Shown: piece by piece, positions 25,228 to 38,599 of the stretch | Numbering within the stretch: the first letter of the stretch is position 1 | How the letters are laid out: each line of letters begins with the position of its first letter | Source of the DNA: Eledone cirrhosa | Taxonomy: Eukaryota | Assembly: GCA_964016885.1 (NCBI GenBank) | Contig: CAXHJY010001169.1 | Location: 79,306 to 143,305, forward strand | DNA length: 64,000 nt | Direction of reading: 5' to 3' | Position numbers and translations under genes: made by a program | Notes under the pieces: generated by a model | Databases searched by the model: none | What the model saw: only the letters and a program-made list of their open reading frames with translations | Told to the model about the DNA's origin: nothing

Positions 25228-25775
25228 TGAAGGCGTGTGGCTGAGTGATTTGAGAATTGGATTCGCAATCTTGAGGTTGTGAGTTCGATTCCTGGACCGG
25301 GCGATGCGTTATATCCTTGAGCACACACTTTATTTCACGTTGCTCCTTCTACCTGGAGTTGCGACTGATAGTTAGTACTAGCAACTGGAAAGACCAACGG
25401 AAACATTGTTTCCTTGGTCCGATTTGACGAAAGTCGATCGATCCCTTTTTTTTTTTATATTGCACACACACACATATGGCTTAGTGGTTAGATCGTCGGG
25501 CTTACAATCGTGAGATTGTGAGTTCGATTCTCGGATCGGGCTTTGCGTAGTGGTCTTGAGCAAGACACTTTATTTCACGTTGCTCCAGTTCACTCAGCTG
25601 TAGAAATGAGTTGTGACGTCACTGGTGCCAAGCTGTATTAGCCTTTCCCCTGGGCAACATTGGCGGCTGCTGGTCTTCCACAAACAGCCTTGCCCGGACT
25701 TGTGCCTCGGTGGGGAACTTTCTAGGTGCAAATCCCATGGTCATTCGTGACCGAAGCGGGTCTTTACCCTTTACC
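25228..25775 (+). mobile_element. Two adjacent CORE-type tRNA SINEs with different tails (25228-25445; 25477-25775)
   Basis: Shared head and CORE up to TTTCACGTTGCTCC, divergent 3' parts. Confidence 0.8.
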
Positions 25776-26397
25776 CGTACACACATACACACCCACATAT
25801 ATATAGTATTGATATATAAGGGAACAAAGAATCAGTGTTGCATCATATACATATCTAATTACATGTTACATATGTTTCACTGCCGATCAGCTCGAGGAAC
25901 GATCTATTAATGATCGAACTTGACTTTGGAATCGGAAGCTCTTCAGATATGTTTTAACATGTAGACTCGCCTCTGAGACTGGTTGAATATTATCCTGATT
26001 TCCTTCTTATATGCTACCACAAATTCTGTCATAGAGGTGTGCCACCGTATTCACTTGATGGTTTATTTTCGGTCAGATCACAGCTGGGGGCTTCCTATAA
26101 TTTAGCGGCTGTTATCGCCATCTCGGGTCAAGTTGTCGTACGTACCATGCGTGTCAACCTGTTTGCTGCCTGACGCCCATTGCTATCTTGTTTGCAGTAA
26201 GCATTAACGCAATACAAGGGGGCGAGTGAGACTGACAGACACAGATGGAGGGGGAGCATTAAGGTAATACGAGAGGAATCTGTTTGAACGGCCTTCTAAA
26301 ATTACCAACAAATCTATATTGTATTACGTTCGGCTGTTTAAAATAAAGAGAACACTGAAATATATCAATATATATGCATTCTTGTATTAAGAATACA

Positions 26398-26580
26398 ATT
26401 GTTTCTACTTTAGGCACAAGGCCAGCAAATACCCAGTACATTACTGGTACTTTATTTTATCGACCTCGTAAGGATGAAAGGCAAAATTAACATCGGTGGG
26501 ATTTGAACTCAGTCCGCAAAGGGGCGTAACTCTATGCTGGAAAGCATGGAGTCCGACCCTCTACCGATACTGCCAATCAA
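26398..26580 (-). mobile_element. SINE family 1
   Basis: Matches family consensus. Confidence 0.88.
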
Positions 26581-27482
26581 TATGAGTGTGTGTTATACTA
26601 AGCCGACAGTCCATGTGAACACTCTGTAACAGTTATAGTGTTCACTGTCGGTATTCATGTATTCACTCACTTATTAATCAATTGTGAACATACATTCCAT
26701 AAAGCAATCCTAAAACCACTTCCTCCCCCCCCCCATCTGTGTCTGTCAGTCTCACTCTCCCCCTCTCTCTATTTATCTATCTCTTGCCCTCTATCACTTT
26801 AATATGATTGTCTTTCTTCTTCTTGTTCTTCGCACACTTCTTCCTGAGAGGTGTCGTGGGGGAGGGGGGGGGCAGAGTCCTCAAACATTCCTTCTTCCAA
26901 ACTTCACTTTTTCTTCACGGTTTCTCTCTCTTTTCTCTCTCTCTTCTCTCTCTCTTTTTCTCTCTCTCTTCTCTCCTTCTCTCCCCCTCTCACTCTCTAC
27001 CCCTCTCTGTCGCCGACCGTCACTGCCTCTCTCACTACCTCATTGTCACCCTTACCGTTTCTCTCTTGCTCCCTCACTGTCTTTCTTCACTTATCTCTCT
27101 CTTTTTCTCTCTCACTGTCTTTCTCAACCCCCACCTTCCTGCCTTTCTTTATAACTGTCATTATACATGTGTATATGTATGTATTTATATGTATACATGT
27201 GTATATGTATGTATTTATATGTATACATGTGTATATGTATGTATTTATATGTATATATGTGTATATGTATGTATATATGTCTAATTATATATATATATAT
27301 ATTACTCTTTTACTCTTTTACCTGTTTCAGCCATCCGGCTGAGGCCATGCTGGGGCACCGCCCTTGACAATATATTTTCCGTGCTATTTCAAACTTCACC
27401 TTTTCTCTATATCCAATGTTTTGTATAGAACCTTACTTCCCTTTTCTAATATTTATAAAAGAATCGCTGCCCCCCCCCTCCC

Positions 27483-27547
<65 letters not shown>

Positions 27548-28113
27548 CATACACACATATATGTGAGTGTCTACTATATTGTATTTTAATTTTCTCGTTT
27601 TGTGACTCTTCCTCACACTCCTTTGTTTATTTTCTGTATCTATCACTCTCTCACTTCCCCCTCCTTCGCCCCCACGTCATATACTTATTCTCTATCTCTC
27701 TTACTCTTGTTCCACACCTTCTCTTCTTGCTATCCATACACACACACTATATCTATATCACAACATTTTGATCTCAGTTATGGAGATACATACATTTTCA
27801 ACTGAGATATGAAATAAAAAGCTAATGCCATGGATAATAAAAAGTCAAGAGATCAGACCAATAACGGAAGTGACCTTAACCCAGGTCACAGTGACCAAAT
27901 TCATGGGGTCAGTTTACATTCAGCAATTTTTCCTCTTAATTTCTCATCTTTTTAATCTATCAAAATGTTTTGCTTCAAAAATACGTCTATATATAATATA
28001 ATATAATATAATATAATATAATTGTTTCTACTTTAGGCACAAGGCCAGCAATTACTGGTACTTTATTTAATATAATATAATATGATATAATATAATATAA
28101 TATAATATAATAT

Positions 28114-28199
<86 letters not shown>

Positions 28200-28201
<2 letters not shown>

Positions 28202-28393
28202 CAAAGGAATTGTGGTAAGGAACCAGATGGACCATAACGCACTAGAATACTCAATACTTAGGGTAGTAGAGTGGTAAATAGGAAAAAGTATGACTCCGAC
28301 GGCAGAGCTCAAGCCGTTTCGACGGCTATTTCTGACTAGTCCAGAAATAGCCGTCGAAACGGCTTGAGCTCTGCCGTCTGGGTCATACTTTTT

Positions 28394-28398
<5 letters not shown>
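28200..28398. mobile_element. PLE pLTR fragment with 5' inversion (palindrome 28278-28398)
   Basis: Same family and architecture as 21573-21805, between (TA)n arrays. Confidence 0.8.
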
Positions 28399-28452
<54 letters not shown>

Positions 28453-28807
28453 ATAGATACGTATATATATATATTGTTTCACTCGTGTTTCACGTAGTAT
28501 GTGAGGCACCAGACATTTTACCCAACGTCACACCAAATTGTATGTTATGTTGCTTAACGGCTATAAATTAGTTGTGTCTATCGTCTCTTACTCCTTTGGC
28601 TTATATCAGACGCTGTGATCCCAGATAGACCAGCAGTACCGTTGGTAGGAGTCCATCTCAACGGCCGATGACCATGGAGTTCTGTGTCCTTCGATTGTAT
28701 ATTTATTTTTTTTAATTATTTTTAAAGGTTTTTCCTTAAGAAATTGTTTTTCGTTTTGTTTTGTTTCCGTTCGTTGTCTTGTTCTTCTTTGTTAATTTTC
28801 TTAAGTT

Positions 28808-28892
<85 letters not shown>

Positions 28893-28904
28893 TTTTTTAA
28901 CCTG

Positions 28905-30771
28905 GCCAGTCGTATATTGTCCCTTTTTTCACTTTACTAACTCCAACGACAGAAGGAAAAGATAGAGTAGGGAGAGCTTTATGAACCCGGCATAGTCTTC
29001 TCGGCGATGATCTCTAGAAAACAATACAGTCAGTAGATATTCAAAATATTCCTCCCTCTTTTGCTTGTAAAATACTTCCATGAGCTCATCATCGTCCAAG
29101 ATAGTGTGATGATGAGACTTATCGATGGAGTCCCAACGTTCCTGGAACTTATTGATCATTGGGATACCAGGATTAAATGATGGGAAAATATTCTCGAAGA
29201 CTTTCTCCAAAACCAGTTCAAGAACATGATGGCAGCAAGCCAGCTACAAAATGGATTTTTTCTGAGCTATTTCAAATTTCGTATTAGCTCCATGGTGCAC
29301 ACCGGTGTTACTGGCGGAGGTGTTGAAGCACATATTATTCTATCCTCAATTTTGAGTCGTTGAATTTTCTACAAAACAACTTGAGCGATTTATTGTCCGG
29401 TTCCATTTCTTGCAATCGGAACACCTAAGAGCTCCCCCTTTCCTTTTCCTGTAATTAAATCTAATATTTGAGTGTGCTTGATTGGAAGGCCGATGGTAAT
29501 AACCTCTATCCCAATGGAGGACTAGCCAGGATCTGTCTTTAGGTGGGAAAGCGGATAACTCTATTTCCTGAGCCATCTTCTTCTGTCGACTGGTTCTTGC
29601 TCGATAAATAGTTGAGGATGAAATCGAGAGTTCAGACACATCAAGACCAAGACTCTTCTCAATTGTGATGTAAGAATTACTTGCATGTACCGAGAGTTTC
29701 TCCCGTTTCACGTGGAAACAAGAGTGGTGTCGAGAATTGATTTTATTCGCAGTGATTTTCGGAGTGATGTTGATTTGAAGATTTCATCATCATCATCATC
29801 ATCAATAGCTGAGCTGGTTGATGAACTTTCAAGAGCTAGTTTCTCAGACATCTTCTTGACTTCTTCATCCTGCTTTCTCTTTCTTACGAATCTTCTTTTC
29901 CTTCTTCTGAATGGCTTACACATGTTCTACATCAACTCACTCTAACTAGGAATGAAGATATCCGATCTTCCCATTGTGTTTCAAGGAAAGCTTTGTCTTC
30001 GGATGGGACATCCTTTTGTTCAAGAATGTCTTGGTTTGCGATGTCAAAATTTCCTCGACATTATTTTGGTAGTGATATTTGCTTTTTCTCATACTTCCTA
30101 GAGCTCCTGGCTAGATTCTTTTACAGCAACTGAAATTGTCTCCCCGAATTCGACGTGACGGTAGAGAAAACACAAGAGCACTTATTGTTTGGAGGGGAGT
30201 CGAGTCTATGGTAACAGCCCCTCTATAGTAAACGACCTTTCTGGTTTCCATTTATTTATTCTCTGTGAAAGATGAAAAGCAATTTTATTTAAACGAGCCT
30301 TTGGGTTCTTGCATTCAGGCTATGAAAAGCAAAAGAAAAGAAAATTATTTTGTAACTTTATAACAACGAAAAACTGTGTTTACTACTCTCCAACAAAACC
30401 AGCACTGAACCAACAATGCAATGAACCTAAGCACCAGCATTACAATGAATTTGCATCAGAACCTTATTGTTAACTCATTATCTTGTTGAATTATCAAAAC
30501 AAATACCGAAAATCTCACTTCATCAACGAACAATTCTTTGAACGAACAATTAAAACAAATCACCGATGTAAAATTATTTCTACATACTTAGGATAAGTTT
30601 ATGGTTCATTTCTTTTTCATTTGGGAATCTATAAACGGTAAGTCTCTTGCATGTACACAGTCGAAAACGGACAAAAAAACACAACCTGGTTAAAAAACAA
30701 CAAGTGTTGAAGAAAATATTTTGTATTTTTGGCATAGCATTAAAAAATGCATCAGATTGTACACCCCCCTA
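28905..30771 (-). mobile_element. Decayed cut-and-paste DNA transposon, hAT-like (hATm-type) transposase relic
   Basis: Minus-strand fragments LVLHWD, MCFNTSASNTGVHHGA, LACCHHVLELV (CxxH-like) and RREDYAGFIKLSLLYL; possible TAGGG terminus at ~30771. Family assignment is from recall of motifs. Confidence 0.65.
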
Positions 30772-31489
30772 ATTATATAAATAGATTCGTATCTTGTAAC
30801 GTTGAAGATGTCGTCCTACTCAAACCGGATTCATGCTGTTCATGCTTTATCGGAGGTACAATAATGTTTTCTTGATATGTGCAATGACTATCTTCGTGCG
30901 GTTGAAGGAAACAAGATTAGCATGATCTTGGAGAATGTTTTCGAAATCTCTGTTCGTGGAGACAGAGAAAGGTTAGCGTGGGGTGTCTAGTTGTACATTT
31001 GTGGGCGGAGGAAAATAGAATTGTTCAGAGTCACCAATGGTGTAGTTATATTTAATGAAGGGAACAGGAAAAAGTTAACTAGAAGCAATTATACTTTATA
31101 ACAGCTGAAGTAATTTAGTGAGGGCAACGAGGACAATAATTGGTATTATTAACGTTATCATAACAATATCACCACCACCACCACCACCATCAACAACAAT
31201 AACAGTTGCGGTAGGTTTGGTAACTAATGCGCCAGAGGTCTATGGTCACACCACTGGAGTTTTATTGTATCTTTAAACACAGCACAAAATAAACCATACT
31301 CCACTTTAACACTTTCATTACTATATTTCTAATGACAAACACACTCTATGATGTTTTAAAATAATTTTGAAAATAACCATGAAATTCAGAGGGATTTAGA
31401 AATACAACTAACACAGTTTAGTTGGTGTTGGTGCATAATCTAACAATTGTTCCTATATAAAACTATGTTAGAAGGTTTTCTGATAAATA

Positions 31490-32153
31490 TAAACATTTTA
31501 AAACAAACAGTTCAGAATTGTAGAAGTGTTTATAACCTCTGTTACGTTTGCGATGCAGGAAAATATTGAACGACGGTATACAATTAAATTTTGTTTGGAA
31601 ATCAACAAATCTGCCAGCGAAATATTTCACTCTTTAACACAAGCTTATGGAGATGTCACTCACTCGAGGAGTAAACATTTTAAGTGGCACAAAGCTTTCA
31701 AAGGGTGCCGAGAAAATGTTAAAGATGAATCTCGTTCTAGCGGTGATGGCAAAGGATCACCAATTACGTGTTAGGAAAATTGCAGAAGAAATGAATGAAA
31801 TGAATTTTAACAGAAAATTTGCACATGCGAAAAAATTATGCAAAACACAGCATTTTCAATTAGAGATTTTCTGGTGAAGAAAAGCATTCCCACTGTTCCA
31901 CATTATCCCTAAACCTAGCTCCGTGTGATTTCTACCTCTTCCCTAAGTTGAAATTGGAGTTGAAGGGTCATCATTTTGGGAATGTGGAAAACATACAAAA
32001 AATTGTAACTAACGAGCTAAGGTCACTCACAGAAAATGACTTCTGGTACAGCTACGATCAATGGAAGAAAATGTTAAAACCACTCTGTCACTTCCCAAGG
32101 GTCGAATTTTGAAGGAGATAACATCAGTACTCTTAATTTTGGAGCAAACCTCG
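31490..32153 (+). mobile_element. Mariner relic (deleted transposase pseudogene with 3' TIR)
   Basis: ERRYTIKFC...KWHKAFKGCRENVKDESRS; PNLAPCDFYLFPKLK; ...FEGD; ends TTTTGGAGCAAACCTCG|TA. Confidence 0.85.
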
Positions 32154-32387
32154 TATATCACCATTACGGATGATATATCATCATCATCATCATCATCATT
32201 ATCATTATCACCATCCAGTTTTTGATTATGTAGGACACAATTAATCTCTAAGCCCAGCTTGATCCCGACGGATATCCTCCACCCAAGTCCTTTTTGGTCT
32301 CCTTGGGCCTCTACTGCCTCATGAATCGACATTCATCACTACACATACATATATACATACATACATGCATAAATACATACATACATA

Positions 32388-32470
32388 CATGATGGCTGCC
32401 CCCTCGTTATCGAGTATGGCCATTGCACGAGGAGAAAAAAAAAAATTAATAGATAAATAAAAAAAAAAAG

Positions 32471-32522
<52 letters not shown>

Positions 32523-35500
32523 ATATACATATATACACACATATATATATACACACATATATACATTAATAATAATAATAATAATAATAACAACAATAAT
32601 AATATACATATACATATACATATATATATACACACACACGCGCACACATAAACATATCTATACACACACACGATAGCAACTAACAGCGCTGCGATCGAAT
32701 GTGGCTTTTTAGCCCAGCCAATGATCTAAAATGTCTTGCACAGAGTCGGCAACCAAAACATTCACTGGGAATAGCCGGCTGTGGTTGGAGTTCATGTACT
32801 TTTGCATGTCGCTTGAGCCCTCCTGCTGATTTACATTCTCTACCACATGTTTGGCAAGCATGATGAGTAGCATGTCCAACAGCAGCCTGGTAGTCAACCA
32901 CTGGTCTTACTTTATGACTGCGAAGATGACTTTCGAGTCCAGCTTTGCTTAGGCAGAGTCTCGCACAGATGCTGCATGTCAGCACCATAGGAGGACCCTC
33001 GCCTTTCTGGAAGTGCAACAGCAATGCCCTTCCTCACACCCCGCTTTACTTTCTCGTATGCGATTCGAGATGCCTCAAAGGCAACTTTTCCCTCATATAC
33101 AGTCTTTCTCCATTTATTACGATCAGCAGCAATATTTTCCCATGTATCAGCAGAGATGTTAGCGTCTTTCAAAGAGGCTTTCAAGGAATCCTTATACCTC
33201 TTTTTTGGTTTATGTGGCGGTCGTTTTCCTTTAACCAACTCTCCATAAAAGAGTTGTTTTGGTATTCTAGAATCCTTCATCCTGGCAAGGTGACCACTCC
33301 AACGGAGTCGTTGCTTAAGCACAAGAGCTTCTATACTGTCACACATAGAGCTTTCCAAAATCTCGACATCACTGATGTGGTCCCTCCAGTGAACGCCATG
33401 GATCCGTCTGAGACACATCTGATGGAAGCGCGCCAATTGCTTAAGGTGGTGTCGATATGTGACCCAGGTCTCGCAGGCATAAAGAAGACAAGAGAGCACA
33501 CATGCCTTGTACACCTTTACCTATGTCCTCCTGCATATGTCTCGCCGACCCCAGAGTCGCCTTTCTAGCTTTCCGAAAGCATCACTTGCTTTCCTAATCC
33601 TAAGTGAGATTTCACTGTCAAGGTTGCTGTATCGATTGACAGTGCTTCCCAGGTAGACAAACTGATCAACCACTCCAAGTCGTTTACCATACACATAGAT
33701 ATTTGGTTCAGTGTACTGCTTACCAGGGGCAGGTTGGTACATGACGACGGTTTTCTTGAGACTGACAGTCAATCCTAGGGCAGTGCAAGCGTCAGAAAAT
33801 GCATTCAAAATGTGCTGCATATCACTCTCTGTGTGCGCTACAAGATCGCAATCATCTGCATACAAGTGGTCTCTTATGATTGATGTAAATACTTTTGTCT
33901 TTGCAGCAAAGCACCTGATGTTAAATATGCTGCCTGAGGTTCGATATCGGATGTAAACACCATGCTCGCAATTCCTGAATTCAATACAGCAAACCATTGC
34001 AAAGTATATGGCAAACAGGGTCGGTGCTGGAATATCCCCCTGTTTCACTCCATTTTTTTTACTGAGATAGGCTCCGACATGTTACGTCCGACATTAACCC
34101 AAGCCTTCATGTCGTCATGGAAAGACCTAACTAAAGCAAGGAACTTATCAGGGCAACCAAGTTTCTGGAGAACCTTCCATAATGCATCTCTGTTAACAGT
34201 ATCGAAAGCTTTTGTCAGATCGACAAAAACCTGATACAGATCCAAACCTTGTTCCATGCACTTCTCCTGGAGCTGTCTAGCTGAGAAGATCATATCAGTA
34301 GTGCCGCGTCCAGCACAAAAACCAGATTGACTTTCAGGAAGAACACAATCTGTAATGTGTGTCAGCAGACGCTCCAGAAGCACCCTACATAAAACTTTCC
34401 CTACGACAGAAAGCAATGATATACCTCTGTAGTTCCCACAATCATTCCTGTTACCCTTTCCCTTGTACAAGACCACCATTACTGCATCTCTCCAGTCCTC
34501 AGGTACGGATTCATTAGCCCATATCCTGCCCCAAAAAGAGTGAAGATGTTGCAGGAGTCTCTCACCACCATATTGTAGGAGCTCAGCATGTATGCCATCC
34601 ATACCTGGAGACCTTCCACTGTTCAGCTTCGAGATAGCCACTGCAACCTCCACAAGCGTCGGAGGTTCTGCGAGAGCTACTTTCACAGGACTTTCTGGAA
34701 TGAGATTGAGAAAATCTTCACTGACGACAGACGGCTGATTCAAAAGATCATCAAAGTAGAATTCCTTGTGAGTCACGAAGATGTTATTTGCCATCCTTGC
34801 TGCGAAGCGGTATCACCAGAGAAGAAGACGGTCCATAAACCTCACACAAGAGACTGTACAACAGCTTTGTGTTATTGGATTCTGACGCAGTTTGTATCTC
34901 ACCAGCCTTCTCACTCCACCACTGATCCTTTATCTGAGAAAGACTCCGCCTAACACGTGATTTTACATCGTTGTGTTCCTCATGCAACGTATTCCTCTCC
35001 TGTGGTTTTGCCGTCAAGTAGCGTGACAGAGCACGCCTCTTATCAGCCAACAAGTTTTCTATATGTACATCATTCTCATTAAACCAGTCCTGATGTTTTC
35101 TCTGCACCAATCCCAGAACACGCCTGCCTACATCATAAACCGACTTTTTAAGGGTCGGCCAATCCTCACCAAGATCTGCAGCCTGCATCTCTTCTTCCAA
35201 TGTCCTCTTCACATTTTTATCCTTAAGACGAGCAGCATTCAATCTTTTGGACAGGGGAACACCAGGAGCCCGGATTTTACGTTTAGTGATTAGTTTCACT
35301 TTTGCGCGTACCAGGCGGTGGTCCGTCCAGCACTCAGCTCCACGAAGAGCACGAACACACTGCACATCCTGTCTGTCACGCATCCTGACTAGGACGTAGT
35401 CCAAAAGATGCCATTCCTTAGATGCAGGATGCATCCATGTGGTCTTGAATTTGTTCTTTTGTTGGAACATGGTGTTGGTAACACACAGATCCAGCTCCTC

Positions 35501-36590
35501 ACACATCTGCAGCAGGAGCATACCATTGTTGTTACACTTTCCCACCCCATGCCTTCCGATTACATTCCATGTTTTAAAATCCCTACCCACTCTAGCATTA
35601 AAGTCACCAAGCACGATGACTTTGTCTGCCTGAGGGATATTTCTTAAAACACCTTTCAAGGCATGGTAAAAGAACACTTTTTCTTCATCAACAGAATTCA
35701 TAGTTGGAGCAAACACACTCACCAGAGTCGCATATCTTCCTTTGTCCAGCAGAATTCTCATGGACATAAGACGCTCACTAATCCCTACTGGGAATTCTTC
35801 TAATTTATTCACAAGAACAGTCTTAACAGCAAATCCTACCCCAGCCTCTCTTCTGGTTCCTTCATCTCTTCCTTTCCAGAAGAATATATATTCTCCACAA
35901 AATTCTGTAAGATGACCATCTCCAGTTAACCTCGTCTCAGATAAAGCCACGATGTCAAGATCGTAACGTCGAAGCTCCTTTGCAACAAGAGCGGTCCTTC
36001 GTTCAGGACGTTCCAAGGAATCCCTGTCAAGCAGCGTCCGTACGTTCCAGCAGCCAAGACTAAATGCCTTGTTTGGCTCTATTACAATGGCACGATGATG
36101 AGCGGGCCCAGGCTGTGATAACCTGGGGCCCCTGCCCTTATTGCCAATTTTCTTTTTTGTTCCAGAACCTAAATTGCCAATTATCTCTTTAATATTGTTC
36201 TGGAACATCATTGAATTGAAAAAAAAAAAAAAAAATAATAATAATAATAATAGTAACAATAATAATAATAATAATAATAATAATAGTACACTATTAATAA
36301 TTATTAATGCACTCGTGCAATGCCTGTGCGTGACGAATATTTTTAAAGTGAGAAAAGACTGTGCACTGAGCCAATCCCACTCTCTGAGCGACAGTAGCTA
36401 TAACCCGAAAAGAAGAAAAGATCAACATCATCGGTAACTACTGAGCCGCAGGTTTTATGTCGGAGTTAACCCAGTTTCCTGAGATGCCTTCTCCTAGAAG
36501 AATGCCCTGACAAGGGCTAGGGGTTCTTCACTCCTAGTGGTTTAACTGCGCGATCGGGCATCCAGCCCGATTATTTCTATGTCCCCGCGC
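32388..36590 (-). mobile_element. Near-full-length RTE-clade LINE (family A)
   Basis: 5'UTR with CTAGGAGAAGGCATCTC motif; single APE-RT ORF; 3' tail TCGTGCAATGGCCATACTCGATAACGAGGGGGCAGCCATCAT. Microsatellites lie inside both UTRs. Confidence 0.93.
32680..36211 (-). pseudogene. RTE ORF: APE endonuclease + reverse transcriptase + C-terminal C2H2 zinc fingers
   Basis: WNVRTL, LSETRL, GDFNARVG, LLDYVLV, TDHRLV (APE); QSGF, FVDLTKAFDTV, KQGD, YADD, YLGS (RT). Frameshifts at ~34790, ~34046 and ~33000, and a nonsense codon at 33521-33523. Confidence 0.95.
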
Positions 36591-36940
36591 GCACCCCCCC
36601 CCCCCCACCAAAACTCACTTATTGATACTTATACGTACGACATACACACACGCGCATACATACGCGCGCACACACACGCATATATACGCGCGCGCACAGC
36701 AACACTCATACATACAAACAAGCACACACACGCTACTCACTTACACACGCACACACATATATATATATTACCGTCATTACTGATACAAGATTTCAAGATT
36801 ATGTCAACTGTTGACTTTCAAAAGTTTGTATAGTTGAAGTCGTTCGTATTACAGTCCAGTATTATTATAATTGCTTTACAGCATAGAGCTGTACTGGTAC
36901 TTATTTAAATCTCTCTGTCTCAACATACATACATACATAT

Positions 36941-37550
36941 ATGGTGGCTGCCAACTCGTTTTCGAGTATGGCCACTACTTTATATCCATGTAGGAGAACC
37001 CCTACCGATGCGCTGAACGAGTGTGACTTTTTAGTCCAGCCAGCGATTTGAAAACTCTGGTACAAACACTACACTTGTGACAATTATTGACACATAGTGC
37101 TGGGCCCATGGTACCATGTGACGACAAGTGCAGAGAGATCTCCAGATATAAAGCAATGCCTGTGCCGTGAAGCTTTTATAGTGAGAAAAGGCACTGCACA
37201 AAGCCAGTCCCACTCTCTTAACCAAGATGATATGTACCAAAAAGAAGAACAAGTCAACATCATTGGATACCATCAGGGTTGCAGGTGTTATATCAGAGTT
37301 TTCCTTCTTCTAGAATTCTGCCTTGACAAAGGCTAAGGGGTCATCTCTCCCGGTGATTTTGGATGGCCATTGACTCTTTAGAGCTCCTTTGCTCTTTGAC
37401 AGGTTTTGTTTTTAGTCCTGCAGGATGTCCAAAGTCACCCTCCTCACCAAGAAACCTTGGTGGGGTTGCCAGTTTAGTCGCCAACGACCCGACCATGAGA
37501 CAGGTTGTACTGGGATACATGTTACCAGTAGCATCAACTGGTGACCTGAC
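36941..37550 (-). mobile_element. Bipartite RTE-derived non-autonomous element, family B (longest copy)
   Basis: Near-identical to 21851-22312 and extends further 5'. Confidence 0.9.
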
Positions 37551-38147
37551 CATACATACATACATACATACATACATACATACATACATACAATATTTAT
37601 GCTTCCGCGTGTGCTAGTCATTTACCTATTAGGTTACATGACTATATAAACAACACCGCATACGTAATTTGTTCACACACAAAGAAAATAATATGTATAT
37701 AACAGGAAATCTCTCATATGAAAAGCAATTGACATTATATGAAAATAATTGAGCAGTGTCTAATAAAAACAAAACACACTGTTAAAGAAAGAAAACGAAA
37801 CGGTGTTGGTTCGAGGAAAACTCGATCCGCCTGAGGTCGCACTTAACGTCACCCCAGTTACGTTGGACAGCGGTACACTAGGATAGGGAAGGCCAGACAT
37901 GACTCATGCTCCCGGATCATGTCAGGTTCTGTTGTCTTGTAGGGGATCTCTTTGACGTGTGTGCGGCTAGAAAAGATTGAGAAGAGATAGCGTAACGGAC
38001 TGAGGGACAGACGGACAGACAGCGCTATTATTATAATATAGATTATCATAAAATTTCTTTTCGTTTTTATTTTTATTAAACATTTTTTTTTTAAATCAGA
38101 AAAGAAGGAATGAATTTGATTTCAAGAAAAAATAAACAATGTAGACA

Positions 38148-38299
38148 GCTGTATGGTTAAAGAGTTCGATTCACAATCATATGATTTCGGGTTCAGTTCC
38201 CCTGCGTAGCACCTTAGACAGGTGCCTTCTACTATACCTTGGATTGACCAGTGCCATGTGAATGAAATTTGGTAGACAGAAATTGTGCGGAAGCCCGTT

Positions 38300-38302
<3 letters not shown>
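38148..38302 (+). mobile_element. Older tRNA/CORE-type SINE (third family)
   Basis: TGGTTAAAGAG...GGTTCAGTTCC...CACCTTAGACAGGTGCCTTCTACTATA...GGTAGACAGAAATTGTGCGGAAGCCCG. Related minus-strand copies at ~23235-23395 and ~24370-24540. Confidence 0.7.
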
Positions 38303-38334
<32 letters not shown>

Positions 38335-38531
38335 TGTGTATGTGTGTGCTTGTGTAAGTGTGTCTCTGTTTATGTTTGTGTCATTATGTCCTGTAATTTA
38401 GTGGTTCGACAAAGAGAGAAAGAGTCTGTATGTGTGTGTGTGTGTGTGTGTGAGAAAGAGAGAGAGAGAGAGTGTGTGTGTGTGAGAGATAGAGAGAGAG
38501 AGGGAGAGAGAGTGTGTGTGTGTGTGTGTCG

Positions 38532-38599
<68 letters not shown>

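Noticed and set aside
36470-36590. Possible HDV-like ribozyme at the RTE 5' end
   Set aside because: Only a simple hairpin (ATCGGGC/GCCCGAT) was found; the nested double pseudoknot could not be built by eye.
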